DNA of 64,000 bases from an uncultured Planctomycetota bacterium (lineage in GTDB: Bacteria; Planctomycetota; Phycisphaerae; Tepidisphaerales; Tepidisphaeraceae), in contig CAWJEN010000006.1 in the NCBI GenBank assembly GCA_963841915.1, forward strand, positions 672,001 to 736,000, written 5' to 3'. This document shows positions 8,034 to 17,639 of this stretch, piece by piece. Made by a program: the position numbers and the translations under genes. Under the pieces are notes generated by a model. It was not told where the DNA came from and ran no database searches. It saw nothing but the letters and a program-made list of their open reading frames with translations. Each line of letters starts with the position of its first letter. The stretch's first letter is position 1.

Positions 8034-9878
8034 TTACGGGTGCTGTACTTTTTGCTGCATGGCGGCGAGATGGGTCGCGTCTTCGACCTCGGCAATGCTC
8101 TTGACGTGGACCTCTGCCAATGACTTGTCGTCGACTGGGGCCGGAGCTTTGCAGAGCAGGTCGGTGCCGCTCTGGGTCTTTGGAAAAGCGATGACGTCAC
8201 GAATGTTGTCGAGGCCACGCAGGAGCATGATCATCCGGTCGACGCCTAACGCGATGCCGCCATGCGGCGGGGCACCGAACTGCAGGGCGTTCAGGAGAAA
8301 TCCGAAGTTCTGCTCCTGCCGCTCTTCATCGATTCCGAGCGCGGAAAGCACCTTCTTCTGCACGTCGTAGCGGTGGATACGGATCGAACCGCCTCCAAGC
8401 TCGCTGCCGTTGACGACGATGTCGTAACCGCGGCTCATAGCGCTGAGCAGCGTCTGCTTGTCCGTGCTGCTGAGCTTGTCGACGTCTTCGTCGCTCGCCA
8501 AGGCCGTGAACGGGTGGTGGGTGTAGGTGAGCTTACCGGTCTTTTCGTCCTCTTCGAAGGCCGGGAAATCGACGACCCAGACCCACGCGAAGTCGGTCTT
8601 GGGCGCCATGGCGCGATCTTCTGCCATCTTGAGGCGAAGCTCGCCAAGGACCTTGTGCACGATGCGCGGGCGATCTGCGGCAAAGCACAGCAGGTCACCG
8701 TCGCTGGCACCGGTTCGCTCGATGACGTCCGCGGCCACAGGCTCAAGGAACTTGGCGACGCCGCTCTCGAGCTTGCCGCCGACGACCTTGGTGACCGCAA
8801 GACCTTTTGCCCCGAAGCCCTTGGCCCACTCGGCCAGCGCGTCCGTTTCCTTGCGGGTCATCGCAGCGCCGCCGGGCACGCAAAGGGCCTTGACCATGCC
8901 TGCCGTCGAGAACACCTTAAAATCGGTCTTCTGCCCCAGGTCCGTCAGGTCGAACAGCGGCATATCGAACCGCAGGTCCGGCCGGTCGCTGCCGTACTTG
9001 GTAACGGCTTCGTGATACGTCATGTGCGGAATCTCCGCCGGCACTTCGACGCCGATTGTTTCCTTCCAGACGCTCCGCACGACTGCCTCGGTCACACGCA
9101 TGACGTCTTCCTGCGTCACAAACGACATCTCCAGGTCGAGCTGCGTGAACTCTGCCTGCCGGTCGGCCCGCGGGTCTTCGTCGCGGAAGCAGCGGGCAAT
9201 CTGCATGTACTTGTCACAGCCACCGACCATCAGGATCTGTTTAAAAATCTGAGGACTTTGCGGCAACGCGTAGAAGCTGCCCGGCACCAGGCGGCTGGGC
9301 ACGAGGAAGTCGCGCGAGCCTTCGGGCGTTGCACGCGTCAGGCACGGCGTCTCGACCTCGAGGAAACCTTCTTCGTCGAGAACGCGGCGGATGACCTGCA
9401 ACGCCTTGCTCCGAACGCGCAGCGTTTCCTGCATCGTCGGACGACGCATATCGATGAAGCGGCTCTCCAGGCGACGTTCTTCGTTGACCTTCGTATCGCC
9501 GACCTGGAACGGCGGCGTCGGTGACTCGCTGTAGACGGTCAGGCTCTTGGCCATGATCTCGATGTCGCCGGTCGCAAGCTTCTCGTTCTTCTTATCTTCG
9601 TCTGCCTTGCCGGCCCGCTTGATGACCTTCCCTTCGACGCCGATGCACCATTCGGTGCGGAGCCGGCGAGCCTCTTCAAGCATGGCTTCACCGCACAGTT
9701 CGACGTCGAAGGTGATCTGCGTAATGCCTTCGCGATCTCGGAGGTCGATGAAGACGAGGTTGCCGTGGTCACGGTATTTGCCGACCCATCCGGCGAGCTT
9801 AACGCTGGTGCCGACATCGTCGACGCGGAGCTGGCCGCAGGTGTGGGAGCGGAAGGACGGCGAAAGGGCCTGGGACAT
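8034..9878 (-). CDS. aspS: aspartate--tRNA ligase (likely non-discriminating Asp/Asn)
   Basis: RSHTCGQLR, RDHG..FIDLRD (His typical of ND enzymes), ALPQSPQIFKQ, FRDEDPRADRQAEFTQLD, GAPPHGGIALG. Confidence 0.97.
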   Translation of the reverse strand: MSQALSPSFRSHTCGQLRVDDVGTSVKLAGWVGKYRDHGNLVFIDLRDREGITQITFDVELCGEAMLEEARRLRTEWCIGVEGKVIKRAGKADEDKKNEKLATGDIEIMAKSLTVYSESPTPPFQVGDTKVNEERRLESRFIDMRRPTMQETLRVRSKALQVIRRVLDEEGFLEVETPCLTRATPEGSRDFLVPSRLVPGSFYALPQSPQIFKQILMVGGCDKYMQIARCFRDEDPRADRQAEFTQLDLEMSFVTQEDVMRVTEAVVRSVWKETIGVEVPAEIPHMTYHEAVTKYGSDRPDLRFDMPLFDLTDLGQKTDFKVFSTAGMVKALCVPGGAAMTRKETDALAEWAKGFGAKGLAVTKVVGGKLESGVAKFLEPVAADVIERTGASDGDLLCFAADRPRIVHKVLGELRLKMAEDRAMAPKTDFAWVWVVDFPAFEEDEKTGKLTYTHHPFTALASDEDVDKLSSTDKQTLLSAMSRGYDIVVNGSELGGGSIRIHRYDVQKKVLSALGIDEERQEQNFGFLLNALQFGAPPHGGIALGVDRMIMLLRGLDNIRDVIAFPKTQSGTDLLCKAPAPVDDKSLAEVHVKSIAEVEDATHLAAMQQKVQHP

Positions 9879-10009
9879 GGGACGGGCACGATAGTCCGCC
9901 GGGCATTGCGGAACGGAAGCAGAATGTGCTTGCCGACCGAGATGCAACTGTTAACCTGCTCCCGACCGACCGCAGGCCTGACCAGCACTGCAGCATTTTC
10001 GGAGAGATC

Positions 10010-10537
10010 ATGAACATCAAGACCCTTGCCGCCACCGCGGTCCTTTCGTGCGCCTTTGCCGCCTCGTCGTTCGGCCAAACCGTGCTCTTTGACAGCGCCA
10101 GCATCACCGAGGCTGGCCAAACGTTCGTCTTCGACTTCTTTGACGTCGATGTCAGCGACGGCATGGCCGGCACGCTCGTCATTGACGCCTTGGGCGATTT
10201 CAGCGCGACGCCACCGAGCAGCGAGATCCTCGATATCGACGTCGATGGCATCTTCACCGACTTTGCGTTCGACCCGTCCCGCGGCGCCATCATCGGCTCC
10301 GATCTGTTCCAGAACGCCGCTACGCAGACCTACACGATCAGCGGCTCCGACCTATCGGCTATCACCGCTGACGGCACCGTGACGATCACGCTCGACGCCG
10401 CCAGTTCTGTCGGCTTCTTCACCGATCAGCCCGACGATTTCGTTTCGGCCACGCTGACGTACACGAGCGTGCCTGAGCCGACGACCGCTGCGGTCATCGG
10501 TCTGGGCGGAATGGCCATGCTGCGTCGCCGTCGTTGA
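10010..10537 (+). CDS. PEP-CTERM sorting domain protein
   Basis: signal peptide; acidic beta-rich body; VPEPTTAAVIGLGGMAMLRRRR. Confidence 0.9.
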   Translation: MNIKTLAATAVLSCAFAASSFGQTVLFDSASITEAGQTFVFDFFDVDVSDGMAGTLVIDALGDFSATPPSSEILDIDVDGIFTDFAFDPSRGAIIGSDLFQNAATQTYTISGSDLSAITADGTVTITLDAASSVGFFTDQPDDFVSATLTYTSVPEPTTAAVIGLGGMAMLRRRR

Positions 10538-10560
10538 GAACGGTGTTCCAGAGACACACG

Positions 10561-10597
10561 AACGGGCTGCGTCGTCGGACGCAGCCCGTTTTTCTTT
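10561..10597 (+). terminator. rho-independent terminator
   Basis: 13-bp stem AACGGGCTGCGTC/GACGCAGCCCGTT, 4-nt loop, T-rich tail. Confidence 0.85.
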
Positions 10598-10681
10598 GGG
10601 TTCAAGTTCTCCGCCAACCGGCTGATATGAACGTGTTGATGGGTTTCCGGTCCAAAGCCGCGACGACTGACGCTTTTTGAC

Positions 10682-11809
10682 TTAGTCGCTGTCGAAGCTG
10701 TCCACGCTCCACCGGTCTTTCGTGAACCACTCACGAATGACGCCCGCTGCCGGTTTGCCCTCGGGGGTGTAGCCGCGGTCGTCGGGCCCGCCGTCGCCGG
10801 GCGGCCATTCCCAGACGCTCATCCCGCCGAGCCATGGCGTCCCGTGCCACGTCTGCCAGAAGCCCTGCCACAGACGCTTCTGCAGGGCCAGATCAATCGG
10901 CACGTTCTGCGTGTAGTCCCAAGGTTCCGTCGCGGCATTTCCAAGGCTGCACCAGCCGACCTCGAGGAAGATGAGCGGCTTGCCTTGGCCTTCGACGAAC
11001 TGCTTCAGGTTCCGCTGGATCGGCTGCCAGTTACCGACAATCTCTTCCACGGTGGCCTCGGGGCCGTCGCCGAGCTTCCAGTAGCTGTTCATGCCGATCA
11101 GGTCGAGCTGCTGCCAGAACGGGATGTTCTGGTAGTGATCCCAGTTGCTGCTGTAGGTGAGCAGTCCGCCGAATCGGCCGCGGGCGAAGTCGATCGTCTT
11201 CTTCCACTGCGCGTCTTGCTTCTCGCTGCTGAGCAGTTCGCTGCCGATGACGAACACGTCCACGCCATTGCCCTCGGCAATCCACAGGAAGTGTCCGAGC
11301 ATCTCGCGATAAGAGTCGAACCATTTGTCCCATGACTGCGGATTGATCGTGCCACGCCATTCGTCGCCCTTAGGATCATCGATCAGCACGATCGGCATGA
11401 AAATGACGTCCAGTCCGGCGGCGTCGGCGTGCCGAAACAGCTCGCCGAGCTGATTGGCCGTCGGTGTGCGACGCATGTCGAGATAGATTGCGTTGCTTGT
11501 CCCATCTTCCTGGCGGGCGTCGCAGACAATCTTAACCGCCGTTGCGCCCAGGGCTGCCGCCTCGTCGATGCTCGTCTTGTACCGGTCGATCCAGTCGGTT
11601 CGCTGCACCTGCATGCCAACGGCCAGGATCGGAAGCAAAGCTGGATCGACGTCTCGTTGCTCGACGGCAGGCGCGACTGGCGTTTCAGCCTCTGTGGCGA
11701 CTTCGTAAGGGGCCGGTGGGAGCAAGCCCGATCGCCCACCATTCATCGCGCAGCCGGCAACGACTGCGTACAGGATCACGCCGACAATCGGGATCGACCA
11801 AACCTTCAT
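10682..11809 (-). CDS. glycoside hydrolase family 113-like lipoprotein
   Basis: lipobox VAGC; WRGTI.P..WD.WF.SY, IGSEL, LTYSSNWD, FW..LD.IG...Y, KP..F.E.G motifs. Confidence 0.8.
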   Translation of the reverse strand: MKVWSIPIVGVILYAVVAGCAMNGGRSGLLPPAPYEVATEAETPVAPAVEQRDVDPALLPILAVGMQVQRTDWIDRYKTSIDEAAALGATAVKIVCDARQEDGTSNAIYLDMRRTPTANQLGELFRHADAAGLDVIFMPIVLIDDPKGDEWRGTINPQSWDKWFDSYREMLGHFLWIAEGNGVDVFVIGSELLSSEKQDAQWKKTIDFARGRFGGLLTYSSNWDHYQNIPFWQQLDLIGMNSYWKLGDGPEATVEEIVGNWQPIQRNLKQFVEGQGKPLIFLEVGWCSLGNAATEPWDYTQNVPIDLALQKRLWQGFWQTWHGTPWLGGMSVWEWPPGDGGPDDRGYTPEGKPAAGVIREWFTKDRWSVDSFDSD

Positions 11810-11873
11810 TGCCCACTGTACGACGGGTGCTTCCGGAGCCTCGGTATGTGGGCCCGCAGCTGCTTCCTGAAGC

Positions 11874-12938
11874 TCACGCAGAACGAGCCACGACGAAGCC
11901 GCAAATCTGCTCGAGGGCATCGCGGCCGACGCCCCTGGGAAGGTGCTGCAGACAGGTCGCCGCCTCGGTCGTCAGGCGGCGGGCCTCGCCTCGAGCGTAC
12001 TCGATGGACCGGCTCGGCCGAACCAGTTGGCGAACCTGCTCTGCCCGATCGACTTCGCTGCCGGTGAGCAATCGGCGAAGCAGCGTCGCATGCTCGCTTG
12101 GGGCAGTCTTCAGGAAGTGAATCAGCGGCAGCGTGAGCTTTTGCTTCTCGGCATCGATGCCGAGCGTCTTACCGACTTCACGAACGTCACCCTCGAGGTC
12201 GAGCACGTCGTCCTGCACCTGGAACGCCATCCCCAGCAGCTCGCCGTAGCGGTAGAGTGCTTGGCTCGTCTCCTCACTCGCGCCGGAAAAGCGGGCACCG
12301 AGCTGGCAGCTTGCACCTGTGAGAGCGCCGGTCTTTCTGCGAACGATTTCGTAATATGTCGGCTCGCCTAGATCAAGATTGCCGCGATTGCTGACCTGCA
12401 GTAGCTCGCCTTCGCAAAGCCGATTCGTCGTGTCGGCAATGACGCGTGCCGCCCACTGGGCGGGCAGGCCCTGCGGGTTCTCGACGCCGCTGCAGAGGTG
12501 GTAGCTGTGGCTGATAAGGAAGTCGCCCAGCAGCACTGCCGCCTCATTGCCCTTGAGGTGATTGATCGTCGCGCCCTTGCGACGCAGTTCGGCCTCGTCG
12601 AGCACGTCGTCGTGGACGAGCGTGCTCATGTGGACCATCTCAACGACGGCTGCAAGCTTTATGCGAGCATCGTCTGTCGCAGCGTCAGGAGAAACGGCCT
12701 TGCCGGTCAGCAGAAGCAACGTCGGCCGAAGCATTTTGCCCCGGAATCGGCGGACGTGGCGGACGAGCGTGTTCACACTGGGCAGGTCGCAGTCAAGTTC
12801 TGCGTCAAAGGCTTCTTCGACCCGCTTCAAGTCACTGCCGAGAAGGTCGTGCATGAGATGCGCCATCGCCGCCGACGCATTGCCGCCTGGTGCGCGGTGC
12901 TGGGCGGTTCGATCGGTTGTGTCTACGGCGGTGGGCAT
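11874..12938 (-). CDS. long-chain polyprenyl diphosphate synthase (IspB/HepT family)
   Basis: GKMLRP, LVHDDVLDEAELRR, KTGAL, FQVQDDVLD. Confidence 0.93.
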   Translation of the reverse strand: MPTAVDTTDRTAQHRAPGGNASAAMAHLMHDLLGSDLKRVEEAFDAELDCDLPSVNTLVRHVRRFRGKMLRPTLLLLTGKAVSPDAATDDARIKLAAVVEMVHMSTLVHDDVLDEAELRRKGATINHLKGNEAAVLLGDFLISHSYHLCSGVENPQGLPAQWAARVIADTTNRLCEGELLQVSNRGNLDLGEPTYYEIVRRKTGALTGASCQLGARFSGASEETSQALYRYGELLGMAFQVQDDVLDLEGDVREVGKTLGIDAEKQKLTLPLIHFLKTAPSEHATLLRRLLTGSEVDRAEQVRQLVRPSRSIEYARGEARRLTTEAATCLQHLPRGVGRDALEQICGFVVARSA

Positions 12939-13058
12939 GAGGGCTCGCTTTGGTCGATTATCGACGGCAAGTCACGCCCGAGTCGCCTTAGTTGCGACCT
13001 TTTCGTACGAAATGAAACCGACGAATCTTCGGCTCTCGCCGAAGCGTCGGTGATGCCG

Positions 13059-14597
13059 TTATTGCGGCGTCAGGATGGTGAGGGAGAAGGCTGGAAGCGT
13101 TACCGGCTTGCCGGCGTCGGTGGTCGACTCGGCGGGCGTTAGCGGGCCTTGGGTGTAGGACGCCTCCTCGCCACCGAGCTTGATGGTTGCCGTAGCCGGC
13201 GCGTCATCCGTGGTGAGGTACGAGCACATCGCGTATGTCGATGCACCTGGGAGTTGCAATTCAACGGCTGACTCACTGCGGTTGATGACGACGAGCGTTG
13301 CTCCTTTGTCACCGGCAAGGGCCGCACCGTGAAGAGCACCAGCCGAGGCGTCAGCGAATGCATTGGCGAGCTCCGGGTTGTTCTTGAAGTCGATCGCATG
13401 CATCGTCTCTGCCTGCTCTGCAATGGCTGAAAGGTGTGCAAAGACCTGGCCGGTTCCGGTCACGGTGGCCTCGGTTTCGCTCACGGGTAGGCCCATGCCC
13501 CAACCCAGCCCGACGTTGGTGATGCTGTGGTGATTGAGCACGCCGACGCCTTTAGGGTGGTGCATAGCCGTCAGCCAGAAGCCGGCCTGGTAGAGCGCGT
13601 TCCAAGGCGTGTTGGCCGTCGACTTGATGAACGCGTCGGCCGGTCCGGCGTCGTCGCCGATGCGGTAGTAGCCGATGACGTTGAACTCGGTGATCCACAT
13701 CGGCACGCCGCCGAATTGGTCGTCGAGCATCTTTACGCCGCGGTCGAGTGTGATCTGCGGGCATGTCAGGAAAGCGCGGGCGAGCGCATCTTCGCCTTCG
13801 ATACCGTCAAGCGTGCCGCTGTTCATGACGTAATGGTGCAGGATGAAGGCGTCGAACATCTCGCGGTACGGCTCGCTCGTGATGACGTCATTCCAGACCT
13901 TGAAGGCGTCGTTCTTCTCGTCGTGCATGTCATCGACAAAGATGCCGTTCTCGGAGGCGACGATGCCGATCTCAGCGTCGGGAAAGACCTTCCGGATGTG
14001 CGGCGACAGGTCGGCAACGCGCTTGACGTAGTTGATCGCCCGGTCGCGACCGCCGCCGAACTCGGCACCCCAGAAGTACGTCTCGTTGTCGAGCTCGACG
14101 AACTTCACGTCAATGCCGTTTTCCTTCAGAAAGTCGATGAAGGCGTGCTGATCCTCGGCCCGTGTGGTGAGGTTGAACAGCCACTGCACGTCGACACCTG
14201 CGGCGTCGGCAAACGAGGCATAGTTCAGCGGGCCCAGCTTTCCGTCGGGCAAGGCGGCGACGTCGCGGACAAGCGGCAACATCCAGTTGCCGTGTTCTGC
14301 CGGCCAGATGCGGGTGATCTCGTCCTCCGGGATATATTTGCCCGTTCGCCAATCCCAGAACGAGATGGACGAACCGCCGACGTATCTGGCCTGGGTTGCA
14401 CCAAGGGCGTCGATGAGGGCGATGTAGGCCGGATCGCTCGGATCCGAGTCGGCGGCGGCGTTGTTGTTGTTGATGCCGAAGATGCCCGGATTTACCGGAT
14501 GCGGTGTTCCAAGCTCAGCGACAACGGGATCGGCTGTGGCCGAACCACACGACAAGGCAGCGGCGATGGATGCCATTAGCAGGCTCTTTGCGGTCAT
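13059..14597 (-). CDS. secreted clan GH-A glycoside hydrolase (GH79/GH51-like)
   Basis: signal peptide; RYVGGS...WDW, ELDNE (acid/base), WITEFN (nucleophile), C-terminal all-beta domain ending LPAFSLT. Confidence 0.6.
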   Translation of the reverse strand: MTAKSLLMASIAAALSCGSATADPVVAELGTPHPVNPGIFGINNNNAAADSDPSDPAYIALIDALGATQARYVGGSSISFWDWRTGKYIPEDEITRIWPAEHGNWMLPLVRDVAALPDGKLGPLNYASFADAAGVDVQWLFNLTTRAEDQHAFIDFLKENGIDVKFVELDNETYFWGAEFGGGRDRAINYVKRVADLSPHIRKVFPDAEIGIVASENGIFVDDMHDEKNDAFKVWNDVITSEPYREMFDAFILHHYVMNSGTLDGIEGEDALARAFLTCPQITLDRGVKMLDDQFGGVPMWITEFNVIGYYRIGDDAGPADAFIKSTANTPWNALYQAGFWLTAMHHPKGVGVLNHHSITNVGLGWGMGLPVSETEATVTGTGQVFAHLSAIAEQAETMHAIDFKNNPELANAFADASAGALHGAALAGDKGATLVVINRSESAVELQLPGASTYAMCSYLTTDDAPATATIKLGGEEASYTQGPLTPAESTTDAGKPVTLPAFSLTILTPQ

Positions 14598-14750
14598 GGG
14601 AAGCTCCTCTGCTCCACGTCGACCGTTGCTTCCGAGGCAGGCACCCCATGGCAACGGACAGGTTCAAGCGACTGTAGTAACACAAAGGAGGGTCGTCGCC
14701 AAGTGGCTTATTCACCTGACAGCAAGCACATCGGCCGTTAGCTTGTTTTG

Positions 14751-16232
14751 ATGCGCCGTCTCCTCACCTGTGCCATCCTGGCCATTGCTGCAAGTCCAGT
14801 GCTGGCCACGCCTCCTAACGTGATCGTGATCCTGGCCGACGACATGGGGTACTCCGATGTCGGCTCGTTCGGCTCAGAAATCTCGACGCCGACGCTCGAT
14901 CGCTTGGCCGACAAAGGCTTGCGTGTCCGCCGTTTCTACAACTCAGCCAAGTGCGTCGAGACTCGCTCGTCCTTGCTGTCGGGACGTCATTGGCAAACGG
15001 TCGGCCCGGGCATTCAGAAGGGCAAAACGGTCGCCGAGCACCTTCAAGAGGGCGGCTACCACACCATCGCTGCCGGCAAATGGCACCTTCAAGGAGAGCC
15101 GACCGAGCGGGGCTTCGACCGGTACTTTGGCCACCTCAGCGGGGCGACGTCATACTTCCGAGGCGACGGCAGCTTCCGCCGCGACGGTGAGGAATTCAAC
15201 GTACCTGCCGAAGGCTTCTACACGACGACGGCCTTTGCCGAGTACGCCATCGAGGCCCTCGAAGCCAACGAAGATCAGCCGTTTTTTCTGTATCTCGCAT
15301 TCAACGCACCGCACAGTCCGCTGCAGGCTTTGCCCGAGGACAAGGCCAAATACGACGGTCGCTACGCGATGGGCTGGGACACACTTCGCGAGCAACGGCA
15401 TGAGCGGCAGATAAAGCTCGGCGTCGTCGATGCTGCCGCACCAATTCCGCCGCGTCCGGCGACGATTCCGGCCTGGGAGACGCTGAGCGATGAGGAACAG
15501 GCCTTCGAAGCCAACCGCATGGCGGCGTACGCGGCATTGGTAGATCGCATGGATCAAGCGATCGGCCAAATCGTCGAGCACCTCGAAGCGACAGACCAAC
15601 TCGATAACACGCTGATCCTGTTCCTCAGCGACAACGGTGCGTCGCCGTACGACCGGACGCCGCGCCCTCAGAATCCGCTCGAGAGGGTGCCGCACAATGT
15701 GGGTCTGGGCTGGGCCTGGGCGACCAACACGCCGTTTCGCGACTACAAGCGGAACATGACCAACGGCGGCCACGCATCGCCGCTCATCGCCCACTGGCCC
15801 GCGGTCATCACCACCGGCGGCAACATCATCGACGGCTCCGGACACATCATCGACATCGCCCCGACACTGCTCGATCTGGCCGGGGTCGAGACAGCGGTCG
15901 CGTCGGACGGTGTGAGCCTGCGACCGATGCTGGCGGGCGAGGTTTGGCCGCCGGAGCGTCCGCTGTTCTTCCAGTTCGTCGACCACCGGGCCGTCATCGA
16001 CAGCGACATGAAGCTTGTCTCCAACTGGGGTCGGCCGTGGATGTTGTTCGACCTGAAGGCCGACCCAGCCGAGGCGAATGACCTTGCCGCCGAGCGGGAA
16101 GATGAGGTTGATCGGCTCAAGAAGCTGTACGAAGGCTGGGCAGCCGTGACGCCGCAACCGGGCGTCAAGAATTCGACGCCCGAACCCGCGTATCGCCCGA
16201 TGGACGTTGCTGGTGAAGTCTTTGTCGAATAG
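14751..16232 (+). CDS. arylsulfatase (S1 family)
   Basis: PNVIVILADDMGYSD, CVETRSSLLSG, GKWHL, APHSPLQ, SDNG. Confidence 0.92.
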   Translation: MRRLLTCAILAIAASPVLATPPNVIVILADDMGYSDVGSFGSEISTPTLDRLADKGLRVRRFYNSAKCVETRSSLLSGRHWQTVGPGIQKGKTVAEHLQEGGYHTIAAGKWHLQGEPTERGFDRYFGHLSGATSYFRGDGSFRRDGEEFNVPAEGFYTTTAFAEYAIEALEANEDQPFFLYLAFNAPHSPLQALPEDKAKYDGRYAMGWDTLREQRHERQIKLGVVDAAAPIPPRPATIPAWETLSDEEQAFEANRMAAYAALVDRMDQAIGQIVEHLEATDQLDNTLILFLSDNGASPYDRTPRPQNPLERVPHNVGLGWAWATNTPFRDYKRNMTNGGHASPLIAHWPAVITTGGNIIDGSGHIIDIAPTLLDLAGVETAVASDGVSLRPMLAGEVWPPERPLFFQFVDHRAVIDSDMKLVSNWGRPWMLFDLKADPAEANDLAAEREDEVDRLKKLYEGWAAVTPQPGVKNSTPEPAYRPMDVAGEVFVE

Positions 16233-16401
16233 CCCTGACGCATTTAAGGGCTAGCCCTGAGCAACACCGATAGGTCAAGGCGCTACTGCTTGTTTGCGAG
16301 CACCTTTGTAGCGAACTGGCGGACCGCGCGTCCATCTGTTAGTATCCTCGGCCGTCTGCTCGAGGAGGAGTGGCACGTTTTCGCTCGGTCGTTTCGGCGA
16401 T

Positions 16402-16413
16402 CGGATTAGTCCA
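16402..16413. promoter_or_regulatory. candidate operator (TGGACTAGTCCA-like)
   Basis: CGGATTAGTCCA immediately upstream of the GAGGAGG RBS of the GntR gene. Confidence 0.5.
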
Positions 16414-16426
16414 TCGAGGAGGACCT

Positions 16427-17614
16427 TTGTCGAAACACCGCGACATCAGCGAAACCCTGACGCAAGCCATCCGCAGCGGCGAGTTGGCTCCAGGCGACAA
16501 GTTACCGGCCGAGCGTGAACTGGCCGAAAGGTTCGGCGTTCACCGCATGACTGTGCGGCAGGCGACGACCACGCTCGTTACGAACGGGCTCGTCGTCAAG
16601 CGTCTCCCGGCCGGTGTCTTCGTTCGTACCGACGCAGACGTAGCCGCCAAGCGACGACTCAACATCGTTTGCCCGGCCGGAGACCTCGCCCAGGCCAGCG
16701 CCTTCATCGCCGAGGGCATCGTGCAAAGCGAAGCCGACGATCGAACGGCCCGCGTGCTTCGCTTGTACCCAGGCGACGAGCATCTGGCCGTAGAGGCGAT
16801 GGCCTCGAGTGATCCGACCCTTCTGATCGGACTTGAGATGGATCGTCGCGGTCCATTGCTCCGTGAGGCCAAACGGGCCCGTGACCGCACCGTCGTCATC
16901 GGCAGTCGAATGGACGACGCTGGCATCGCGTCGGTGGTCGGTGACGACGAGATGGGCCTACGACTGGCCGTCGAGTATCTGCACGGCAAGGGGCACGAGC
17001 GGATCGCACTCGTCTGCTCGCTGCCGGGTGAGCACAATCCGCTCATGGAAGTGCAGGTTCAGCAGTTCCGCCACGCCGTCCACGTGGTCGGCAGCGGTGA
17101 CGCCCGGCCGCGGGAGGTGTTGCGCCTCGACCCTGAGATCTTCAAGCGGGGCACCATTCCGGCGGCGGCGGCGGCGGTGGAGGCCTACTGCAAACGCAGC
17201 CGCAGACCGGCCACCGCCTTCATCGGGCTCTCCGAAGACGCAACCCACGGTACCGCGTCGGCCCTGCATCAGCTCGGCCTCCGCGTGCCCCAAGATGTCT
17301 CGCTGCTCGGCTACGCCGGCACGCCTCTATCGGCCTATGCCATCCCGCCGCACACGATCATCGACATCGGCATCAAGGGGCACATGCAGGCGGCCTTGGC
17401 TTGGATCAAGGCACACGAACTAAAGCTCGATTCCGACGATCTTCCGCCGCTTCGCCAGCGGATCACGCCGACGATCATCGAGCGAAGCAGCGTGGCTGAG
17501 GTCGCAGAAACCCCCCGTGGTCACGGCGGACTGGGTGACAGTCGAGCCGGAGCAAACGATAACGCGGCAAGTGACATCCGCAGGAGTGCGACGCGGCACC
17601 TAGCCGCCCGCTAA
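16427..17614 (+). CDS. GntR-family regulator with LacI-type ligand-binding domain (AraR-like architecture)
   Basis: I.SGEL.PGDKLPAERELAERFGVHRMTVRQA winged HTH; GH.RIA and GLRVPQDVSL LacI-like C-terminus; TTG start after GAGGAGG. Confidence 0.88.
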   Translation: MSKHRDISETLTQAIRSGELAPGDKLPAERELAERFGVHRMTVRQATTTLVTNGLVVKRLPAGVFVRTDADVAAKRRLNIVCPAGDLAQASAFIAEGIVQSEADDRTARVLRLYPGDEHLAVEAMASSDPTLLIGLEMDRRGPLLREAKRARDRTVVIGSRMDDAGIASVVGDDEMGLRLAVEYLHGKGHERIALVCSLPGEHNPLMEVQVQQFRHAVHVVGSGDARPREVLRLDPEIFKRGTIPAAAAAVEAYCKRSRRPATAFIGLSEDATHGTASALHQLGLRVPQDVSLLGYAGTPLSAYAIPPHTIIDIGIKGHMQAALAWIKAHELKLDSDDLPPLRQRITPTIIERSSVAEVAETPRGHGGLGDSRAGANDNAASDIRRSATRHLAAR

Positions 17615-17639
17615 CAAACGTTGTTTGAAGAGTTTGAAC

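Noticed and set aside
13001..13012. Palindrome TTTCGTACGAAA upstream of the polyprenyl synthase
   Set aside because: Single occurrence, no supporting copy
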